Source of the DNA: a candidate division WOR-3 bacterium
GTDB taxonomy: Bacteria > Hydrothermota > Tepidihabitantia > SM23-42 > JAOAFX01
NCBI GenBank assembly: GCA_039802145.1
Contig: JBDRWA010000003.1
Location: 1 to 42,175, forward strand
Reading direction: 5' to 3'
Length of the DNA: 42,175 nucleotides
Part shown: positions 29,806 to 36,962 of the stretch, one piece after another
Layout of the letters: each line of letters starts with the position of its first letter
Numbering within the stretch: the first letter of the stretch is position 1
Program-made: the position numbers and the translations under genes
The notes under the pieces: model-generated
Seen by the model: only the letters and a program-made list of their open reading frames with translations
What the model was told of the DNA's origin: nothing
Database searches by the model: none

Positions 29806-29869
29806 GTATGCGTTTTTTAATAGGTTGACAAATTATAGTGAATTGGCAGAATACAATGCGAAAGGATAA

Positions 29870-30970
29870 TCAGAACCGGACTATCTTGGTTTTAGGATAA
29901 TAATGCCTCAAGATATCCTTATAATTCTTACCCCTTTTTGCCATACCCATTGCACCAAATTGACACATTCCTACACCATGGCCGAATCCCCTTCCCTCAA
30001 TGACTATCATACTATCCCTGCAATAGATAGTAAAATTATTAGATTTCAACATTCCATCAGGGTCTTTTTCTGAACCGAATAATCGGCGGATGTTATATGC
30101 AGATATTTTATATTCATCTTTGTCGGTTATTATATTTACTTCAACAACCCTTTTACTTCTCGGATTTCTTCGTAATATCAAACTCTTTATTAATTCTGTA
30201 TCAGAAATTACAATTCCAATCTGGCAAAGATTCTTTCTTAGGTTCTTAAAAAATTCCTTTTTATTCATTTCCTTTCTCCAGCGAAAGTGTGGACTATCAT
30301 TGCAGAATTTACATTCTACACTTCGCAAATATGGCATTGAATTTTCACTCCATGCGTCATTGAAATCCGCGGTCATGCCACCGCAGGTTGAGTGATATTT
30401 TGCATCAATGGGTTTATCTTGATAAGTAATAACCAGATTTCTTGTTTTGCTGATTGCAATATTTATAAGACTATCTTCTGCCTGGATGCCACCGTATGCC
30501 TGATCTCTTATTGTTGCATAAAGATCAAAGCCAAGGTTTTCGTGTTTATTCAGATTTGCATAGGCATAAGTACGGGCAGCGATTGCCTGTGCCTTTGCAG
30601 ACTCTATTAAGTCGGTATTGATCTTACCCAGTTCGCAGGGAACCACTCCTTTCAGATAGTCTTCTATGTCAAGGATATTTATGACCCATATTTTGCCGTT
30701 TATTTTTTTTATTTCTAAATCACCATAATAAAGTCTATTATTAACAACTATTCTATTATTTTTGGACTTTAAAAAAATAGGTAGCTCATCGGAAATTCTG
30801 ATGGTATAATCTTTAAGATATTCATTGTTTTTAAATCCACTGACTTTTACTGAATCTAAACCTGTAAGAATCGCAATACGAATCAAATGTTGATATCTGG
30901 ATTTCTGGACATAGGGAATACAATTAATACAGACGCCGAATAATATTACTATATTTAACCACTTAACCAT
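29870..30970 (-). CDS. SpoIID/LytB domain lytic transglycosylase-like protein
   Basis: IEDYLKGVVPCE, KAQAIAARTYA, DQAYGG, YHSTCGG, GFGHGVGMCQFGA..MA, ILRHYYP. Confidence 0.93.
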   Translation of the reverse strand: MVKWLNIVILFGVCINCIPYVQKSRYQHLIRIAILTGLDSVKVSGFKNNEYLKDYTIRISDELPIFLKSKNNRIVVNNRLYYGDLEIKKINGKIWVINILDIEDYLKGVVPCELGKINTDLIESAKAQAIAARTYAYANLNKHENLGFDLYATIRDQAYGGIQAEDSLINIAISKTRNLVITYQDKPIDAKYHSTCGGMTADFNDAWSENSMPYLRSVECKFCNDSPHFRWRKEMNKKEFFKNLRKNLCQIGIVISDTELIKSLILRRNPRSKRVVEVNIITDKDEYKISAYNIRRLFGSEKDPDGMLKSNNFTIYCRDSMIVIEGRGFGHGVGMCQFGAMGMAKRGKNYKDILRHYYPKTKIVRF

Positions 30971-30977
30971 TTAACCA
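30954..30977. repeat. Octamer tandem repeat (T/C)TTAACCA x3 spanning the Mut7-C stop and SpoIID start
   Basis: TTTAACCA CTTAACCA TTTAACCA read directly. Confidence 0.7.
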
Positions 30978-31408
30978 ATTAATTTTTTTATATCCTGTAT
31001 CATCTTCTGATAGTGACTTCCCTTCCAGTAAACACGATGGCATCTGGGGCAGCGAGCAAATTCATTATAATTTTTATATGTATAATAGGGAATAACACCC
31101 TTCACGCCCTCCTTATCTATACTTACGAGTAACTCATTACAGCAAAGACATCTCGTGAAAAAATTCAATTCATTATCAAGATTGAAATGTTTGATTATTG
31201 TATTCAGCTGAATTGGAAGGACTTCAGATTCAATGAAAAAAACTCCTTCTTTATCTTTTAATTGTGTATTTCTTGTCAAGAATATCCTGTTTTCCTTTTT
31301 TGCCAAAAAGAACGCCTTCATACCTTCATTAGAATAAAGTGTATCAATCCCGCAGATCCTCAAATATTTGCAGAGTTTACCGAGCATACCATTACACAAA
31401 AATTTCAT
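30971..31408 (-). CDS. Mut7-C RNase (PIN-like plus Zn ribbon) domain protein
   Basis: MLGKLCKYLRICGIDT, FTRCLCCN, CPRCHRVYWKGSH. Confidence 0.9.
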   Translation of the reverse strand: MKFLCNGMLGKLCKYLRICGIDTLYSNEGMKAFFLAKKENRIFLTRNTQLKDKEGVFFIESEVLPIQLNTIIKHFNLDNELNFFTRCLCCNELLVSIDKEGVKGVIPYYTYKNYNEFARCPRCHRVYWKGSHYQKMIQDIKKLIG

Positions 31409-31419
31409 ATTAGAATTTT

Positions 31420-32370
31420 TTATGGTAACTTAATAAGGGTATTTAATAAAAGAATTAAATGATTGGGATTATGCTCAAGAAGATTTATACAATTATTGAG
31501 CATTAAAATTGTATTGATGATAATATCCATGCGGATTCTCTGCGCTTTACTTACAATGTCCTGTCCAAATTCGTAGTTTTTATCCCGGAATAATTGGTTA
31601 TAAAAAACACACCTGTAAAAGAGCAAAAGACCGAAGAAAAGGTCAGTAAGATTTTCTTTCGCGAGTTCCCTGGAAAACTTCACTGCATTTTCTGTTGAAA
31701 GCGGGGCTTTTTGGAAAATTTCACGGGCGGTTGCCAAAAGTGTATTCTCTCTAAGACTCATTATCTCACCCGGGCTACCAAGAATAAAATTGTCTTCTCC
31801 ATCAAAAATAATATTTGCTATTTGCGCATTATTTAAATAACTGAATTTAATTATCTGACAGCGTGAACGAATCGTTGGCAATAAAAAATCGGGCCTTGAA
31901 GATGTAAGAATAAATATTGTATCAAGGGGAGGCTCCTCAAGTGTCTTTAGAAAACTGTTTGCTGACTCTTCATTCATGCGATCAGCTTCAAGAATGATAA
32001 CAACCCTTTTTGTTCCTTTTGCAGGCATCAATAGAAGCCATTCAATTAAGTGTCTTATCTGTTTTATTACAATAGAAGAATGGTCTTCAATCTTTACAAT
32101 TGTATTTTCGGGAAGATAAGTCTTCATATAATCAAATATTTTTTCATCTTTCTCTTTTTCTTTAATTGAGGGTGGCACTGGTGCAATCAGCATAAAGTTT
32201 GGCGAATGGGGTGGACAACCCAATGTCTTTGCTATGGCAAACGCAGTCTGCCTTTTACCTACACCTTTTGGACCCGCAAGGAGGAGATTATAAATATGCC
32301 CTTTTTTCAGGGCATTACGAATAAAATTTTTTGCTGTTTCCTGCCCAATGATCTCATCAAGATAATCCAC
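31420..32370 (-). CDS. holB: DNA polymerase III delta' subunit (clamp loader)
   Basis: IIGQ, GPKGVGK, EADRMNEESANSFLKTLEEPP, LLPTIRSRC; GTG start. Confidence 0.85.
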   Translation of the reverse strand: MDYLDEIIGQETAKNFIRNALKKGHIYNLLLAGPKGVGKRQTAFAIAKTLGCPPHSPNFMLIAPVPPSIKEKEKDEKIFDYMKTYLPENTIVKIEDHSSIVIKQIRHLIEWLLLMPAKGTKRVVIILEADRMNEESANSFLKTLEEPPLDTIFILTSSRPDFLLPTIRSRCQIIKFSYLNNAQIANIIFDGEDNFILGSPGEIMSLRENTLLATAREIFQKAPLSTENAVKFSRELAKENLTDLFFGLLLFYRCVFYNQLFRDKNYEFGQDIVSKAQRIRMDIIINTILMLNNCINLLEHNPNHLILLLNTLIKLP

Positions 32371-32375
32371 GGATT

Positions 32376-32403
32376 ATTATAATAATTTTTTTTAGTAAAT
32401 CAA
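32376..32403 (-). promoter_or_regulatory. Promoter TTGATT-16-TATAAT, 5 nt upstream of the holB GTG (leaderless)
   Basis: Read directly; same TATAAT-AATC(T/C)-start layout as hslV. Confidence 0.7.
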
Positions 32404-32406
32404 GGT

Positions 32407-33003
32407 TCAATCAGATTCTATTTCTTTCGCAAAATTCTTGAGCAAAAATTTTCTGAATTTTTTTAATGCCTTTGCACGATGGCTTATGCGATTTTTTACC
32501 ATTGGTCCAAGCTCAGCAAATGTTTTTCTATACCCTTTTGGAATAAATATAGGGTCGTATCCAAATCCCCATTCCCCCCTGGGTTCATAGGTTATTCTTC
32601 CTTCAATCTCTCCTTCAAATACTCTATATTTTTTTATATCGTAGAAATAAACAAATACGGCGCGGAACCACGCCCTTCTATTTTTTGCCCTTCCCAGTTC
32701 TCTTAAAACCCTCTCTATTTTTTTCTCATCATTCACCTCATATCTTGACGATAGAACTCCAGGTGCACCATTCAGTTCTTCAATAAATAATCCTGAATCA
32801 TCAGCAAGTGCTGGGAGTCTAATTATCTTATGTATAAATTCTGCTTTTAAGAAACTATTCTCAACGAGTGTATCCCCGGGTTCAGGAATGTGAAAATCAA
32901 TGAACCGTGTGTATGGAATCAGTAAGACTTTATCTAAGTGTAGTATATCACTTATTTCTTCAATTTTATGATAATTTTTTGTTGCCAGAACAATGTGGAA
33001 CAT
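32407..33003 (-). CDS. rdgB: Non-canonical purine NTP pyrophosphatase (RdgB/HAM1)
   Basis: ATKNYHK, ADDSGL, PGVLSSRY, FGYDPIF, KNRISHR. Confidence 0.95.
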   Translation of the reverse strand: MFHIVLATKNYHKIEEISDILHLDKVLLIPYTRFIDFHIPEPGDTLVENSFLKAEFIHKIIRLPALADDSGLFIEELNGAPGVLSSRYEVNDEKKIERVLRELGRAKNRRAWFRAVFVYFYDIKKYRVFEGEIEGRITYEPRGEWGFGYDPIFIPKGYRKTFAELGPMVKNRISHRAKALKKFRKFLLKNFAKEIESD

Positions 33004-33009
33004 AAATTC

Positions 33010-33036
33010 ATACAGGGGGTCAAAGACCCCCTGTAT
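33010..33036. terminator. Perfect 12-bp GC-rich hairpin between the SPOR gene and rdgB
   Basis: ATACAGGGGGTC-AAA-GACCCCCTGTAT; lacks a clear U-tract. Confidence 0.6.
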
Positions 33037-33048
33037 TCATCTTCCCAT

Positions 33049-33657
33049 TTAAGGATTTATCATCGTTTCAACTACAAATGCACCCCTATAGCCCTTGCTT
33101 ATTGCAAGATTTTTAAGAGATTCTGCTTCTTCCTTTGTAAGACAGTCTCCAACCCGAACCTTATAATAAGGTGGTGTGTGCTCAATGTAAACCTTTCCAC
33201 CAAATATGCTCCGCGCATCTTCGGCAACTTTTGAAGCGCCTTTTTGAGTTGATGAAGCAAAAATCTGAACCCGGAAACCATATACTGAAGCTGGAGCAGC
33301 CGATGGAGTGGGCGCTGGTGTGTAAGTTGGTGCGGGCGTAGGGGTTAATGGTACTGCAGTTACTTCTTCCATTGGTAATGGTGCGAGCGGTGCTGGAGCA
33401 GGTGGTGCAACTGTGACTTCTTCCATAGGCGCGGGAGCCTCCTCTATTGCAGGCGGTAATGCGGGGGCCTCTGTTGGTGGTGCTGAGATCTCAGGTGCTG
33501 GTGCAGGAGTTGGATAGACTGGTTCTTCAGAGATATTCTTTCCTTCTTCACCAAATACAACGACCTCTTCCAGTCCCTCGGTCTTTACGGTAGTTTTTTT
33601 GGGTGCACAGAATACAAAAAGTATAATGACACCCATTATTAGCAACTTCTTCATCAT
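33049..33657 (-). CDS. SPOR domain lipoprotein with Pro/Ala-rich linker
   Basis: Signal ending FVFC, long P/A/T/E linker, GFRVQIFAS, PYYKVRVGD, GYRGAFVV. Confidence 0.9.
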   Translation of the reverse strand: MMKKLLIMGVIILFVFCAPKKTTVKTEGLEEVVVFGEEGKNISEEPVYPTPAPAPEISAPPTEAPALPPAIEEAPAPMEEVTVAPPAPAPLAPLPMEEVTAVPLTPTPAPTYTPAPTPSAAPASVYGFRVQIFASSTQKGASKVAEDARSIFGGKVYIEHTPPYYKVRVGDCLTKEEAESLKNLAISKGYRGAFVVETMINP

Positions 33658-34691
33658 AACCTCCTTTTTTTCTTTTCTTTATAAAAAGAAAGAAGTTTTT
33701 TTAACTCTGGAGCCCTTTGCTTTCTACATACAAGGACTCCTTTAGGGCTTGCCACGACCACAAGCCCATTTATTCCAAAGATCCTGACTGGAACACCATT
33801 AGTATATACAATTGAACTACTCGTTTCAAGACCCAAAACATCTCCTAAAAATATGTTGCCATTTTTGTCTTTTTTGAAATACCTCTCCAAGGCAAGATAG
33901 GTACCAACGTCATCCCAGCCAAAGTCTGATTTTATTACACATATTTTATCACTCCTTTCCATTATTCCGTAATCTATTGATATTTCAGAAATCCTTTCAA
34001 AATATCTTTTATCTTTAAATTTTAAATAATCTTTTACTCCATCATAGACATCTGGAATGAATGTCTTAATCTCATTAAGAACGGTACTTATTCTATAAGT
34101 AAATATCCCGCTATTCCATAAATACCTTTTGGTCTTGACGTATTCCTCTGCCTTATTAATTGAAGGTTTTTCAGTGAAGCCTTCACAGTAAAATCTTGTA
34201 ATTCCTCTTTTCCTGTCGATTACCTTCCCAATCTTTATATAACCGTAACCGGTCTCAGGTCTATTGGGGGTTATTCCATACGTAACCAAAAGTCCTTTCT
34301 CAGCCATGGTTTCGCCATATCTGAGACATTGAATGAATTTTCTTTTATCTTTAATAATATGGTCTGCAGGCATTATGTGAATTATCCCATCGCCGTATTT
34401 TTCCTTTAACAACATTGCACAGAGGCATATTGCTGGTGCGGTATTTCTCCGCGCAGGTTCAATAATAAGATTCTCGTTACCGACAAATCTCTTTGTTATA
34501 ACCTTTAGTTCTTCAGGAATTACTAAAAATCTTTCGCTTTTTTTGAAATATTTATTGATTCGTTCAATCGTTTGATTTATCAAGGGTTTATTATTGAATA
34601 TATTGATAAATTGTTTTGGAAAGTCCGGCTGACTCAAAGGCCAGAACCTTTCTCCCTGTCCACCTGCAAGAATTATCGCAAATCTTTTAAT
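33654..34691 (-). CDS. manC: Mannose-1-phosphate guanylyltransferase
   Basis: AIILAGGQGERFWPLS..PKQF (upstream of the track's TTG), EPARRNTAPAI, PADH, ETGYGYI, FTEKP, WNSG, SIDYGIME, WDDVG. Start placed at ATT 34691. Confidence 0.9.
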   Translation of the reverse strand: MKRFAIILAGGQGERFWPLSQPDFPKQFINIFNNKPLINQTIERINKYFKKSERFLVIPEELKVITKRFVGNENLIIEPARRNTAPAICLCAMLLKEKYGDGIIHIMPADHIIKDKRKFIQCLRYGETMAEKGLLVTYGITPNRPETGYGYIKIGKVIDRKRGITRFYCEGFTEKPSINKAEEYVKTKRYLWNSGIFTYRISTVLNEIKTFIPDVYDGVKDYLKFKDKRYFERISEISIDYGIMERSDKICVIKSDFGWDDVGTYLALERYFKKDKNGNIFLGDVLGLETSSSIVYTNGVPVRIFGINGLVVVASPKGVLVCRKQRAPELKKLLSFYKEKKKRRL

Positions 34692-35427
34692 TAGACACCT
34701 CTTTTAATTTAAATAATACAGTACCGAATTTAAGTTTTGTCTTTATTTGGACCGGAAATCTTTTTTCATCATTCGTGTACCATATATCCATTGAACCACC
34801 AGCACCGAATACACCCTTGTTAGAAGTTTTTGGTGTTACGCGAATTGTTGAAAATTTACCCAGTGGTGTTCTTATAATTTCTTTTTTTCCCACCACGCAA
34901 TCTATTCTGTGTTGTTGCTTTGCTTCAAATATATATAGAACGATTGTATCATTTTCAATCAGCGGTACGCATCTTAAATAGTACCAGAAACTGAGTAAGT
35001 CCATTACTCGCTGAGAAATTTTTATCTTTGATGAATCATTGATTATTACATATAAACTATCCTGATTGAATTTCAATTTCTGATAATTTGTGTATTTACC
35101 TTCGTGTATTCTCTTTTCATAAAAAACCGGCATTAAATCATTAATTGTTGTGGTAACATTTATTGTATCATTCAATGAGAAGAGAAACTTCAAATCAGAA
35201 CTGGAGTTGAGATAAGATGTGATGAGATAACATTGTTTGCCATCAACCGTCGTTGTATCCACGATTTTCAAAACCATATTACCAAGGTCTATGAATCCGA
35301 ATCTTGCTTCATATTCAAGTTTCTCACCTATGGGGAAAAATTTTAAATTCTGTCCAAATGGGATAGCGGAAGAGATGATAAGCAAAGATAAAAGTAATAG
35401 TACACTTCCTAAATTCTTGACATTCAT
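34687..35427 (-). CDS. DUF3108 family exported protein
   Basis: Signal peptide; GEKLEY, DLLSFWYYLR, TPLGKF, IWYTND..RFPV.I. Confidence 0.8.
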   Translation of the reverse strand: MNVKNLGSVLLLLSLLIISSAIPFGQNLKFFPIGEKLEYEARFGFIDLGNMVLKIVDTTTVDGKQCYLITSYLNSSSDLKFLFSLNDTINVTTTINDLMPVFYEKRIHEGKYTNYQKLKFNQDSLYVIINDSSKIKISQRVMDLLSFWYYLRCVPLIENDTIVLYIFEAKQQHRIDCVVGKKEIIRTPLGKFSTIRVTPKTSNKGVFGAGGSMDIWYTNDEKRFPVQIKTKLKFGTVLFKLKEVSN

Positions 35428-35432
35428 TTTTA

Positions 35433-36335
35433 TTAGACAACCAAGCTATTTAGTCTTTCTATTCTTTTATCTATAGGGGGGTGGGTTGAGAACAGATTAG
35501 AGATATTAAATCTGTCTTTGCCGAACGGGCTCGCAATGAATAAATGGGCATTTGACTGGGATGCCTTTGCCATTGGCTGATAGGCTTGTTTCAATTTAGC
35601 CAGTGCTTGAGCAAGCCCCTGGGGGTAACGGGTGATATAGGCACCTGATGCATCGGCGAGATATTCACGCTGTCGTGATATCGCTGCCCTTATCAATGCG
35701 ACAAATAATGGAGCGATGATTGCAAGAACAAGACCGATTAATATCAAAATTCCCCCACCTCTACCACTGCGACTGCTTTTCCGTCTGCCTCCTAAAAACA
35801 TACCCCGCAAGAAGAAGTCCCTTAACAAAACAATCAAACCACCGATTGCTGCAACCACGGTCATCAAAAGAATATCATAGTTTCTTATATGTGCCATCTC
35901 ATGAGCAATGACCCCCTGCAATTCTTCACGATTCATAATCTCAAGCAAACCCGTAGTAACAGCAACTGCTGCATTCTGTGGGTTCCTGCCTGTAGCAAAT
36001 GCGTTGGGCGCAGGTGAAGGTGTGATGTAAACTTTAGGTTTTGGGACGCCTGCGGCAATCGCCACTTCTTCAACAACATTATGAAGTTGTTTAAATTCTT
36101 CAGGATCAGCAGGGACTGAGCCGGTGGAGGCAAGGGCAATTTTATCTGAATTATAGTAAAGAACAAAATTGTAGATGATTATGAAAAGGGCGAAGAAGAT
36201 ATATCCTGCGGTTCCCCAGTTTAGGAGTTCAACAACAACATATCCGAGTGCGCCAAGAAAGAGGCTGGTTATCACTATAAAAATAAAGGTCTTGCGCTTA
36301 TTTGCAGCTATCTGGTCATATAGTGTTTCGCGCAT
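35433..36335 (-). CDS. htpX: HtpX family M48 zinc metalloprotease
   Basis: PNAFATGRNP, AVTTGLL, HEMAH, SRQREYLAD, FSTHPP. Confidence 0.95.
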   Translation of the reverse strand: MRETLYDQIAANKRKTFIFIVITSLFLGALGYVVVELLNWGTAGYIFFALFIIIYNFVLYYNSDKIALASTGSVPADPEEFKQLHNVVEEVAIAAGVPKPKVYITPSPAPNAFATGRNPQNAAVAVTTGLLEIMNREELQGVIAHEMAHIRNYDILLMTVVAAIGGLIVLLRDFFLRGMFLGGRRKSSRSGRGGGILILIGLVLAIIAPLFVALIRAAISRQREYLADASGAYITRYPQGLAQALAKLKQAYQPMAKASQSNAHLFIASPFGKDRFNISNLFSTHPPIDKRIERLNSLVV

Positions 36336-36336
36336 A

Positions 36337-36879
36337 TTAGAATTTTACCTTTACTGCCTCTCTTTCTTCAGCCGGAGCGGTGAAGAATTCTCTTGGTTTG
36401 AAATTGAACATTGAAGCAATTATCGTCTGCGGAAATTTCTGTATTGTGACATTATAATCCATTACGACATCATTATAAAATTGCCGGGCAAAGGCAATTT
36501 TATTTTCGGTTGCAGTCAATTCTTCCTGGAGTCTCATAAAATTCTCATTTGCCTTTAACTGCGGGTAATTTTCAGCAACCGCGAACAAAGTTTTTAATGT
36601 TGCACTGAGCATATTGTTCGCTTCAGCAGCTTCCTTAGGACTGGTTGCACCCATCGCCCTTGAGCGCAACTCTGCAACCTTTTCCAGAACTTCTTTTTCA
36701 TGTGCCGCATAACCCTTAACGGTTTCTACCAGATTCGGTATCAAATCATAGCGGCGTTTCAATTGCACATCAATCTGTGCCCAGCCATTATCCACTCTGG
36801 TCCTTTTGGTTATGAGACTATTATAAATTGCAATAACCCATATTACCAGAAGGATAATGACAATTAAAAGTATTATCAT
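36337..36879 (-). CDS. lemA: LemA family protein
   Basis: WAQIDVQLKRRYDLIPNLVETVKGYAAHE, ENYPQLKANENF, ARQFYN. Confidence 0.96.
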   Translation of the reverse strand: MIILLIVIILLVIWVIAIYNSLITKRTRVDNGWAQIDVQLKRRYDLIPNLVETVKGYAAHEKEVLEKVAELRSRAMGATSPKEAAEANNMLSATLKTLFAVAENYPQLKANENFMRLQEELTATENKIAFARQFYNDVVMDYNVTIQKFPQTIIASMFNFKPREFFTAPAEEREAVKVKF

Positions 36880-36898
36880 TGAACCTCCATTTTTATAA

Positions 36899-36926
36899 AG
36901 TTTACTTAAAATCCTTAATTTGTCAA
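36899..36926 (-). promoter_or_regulatory. Promoter TTGACA-16-TAAACT of the lemA-htpX operon
   Basis: Read directly; GGAGG at 36888-36884. Confidence 0.65.
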
Positions 36927-36962
36927 CTGCTAATAATAATTAATAATTTAAAATGAATTTAT

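Noticed and set aside
33285-33525. GC-rich repetitive stretch as foreign DNA
   Set aside because: Explained by the Pro/Ala-rich linker (PMEEVT twice) of the SPOR protein.
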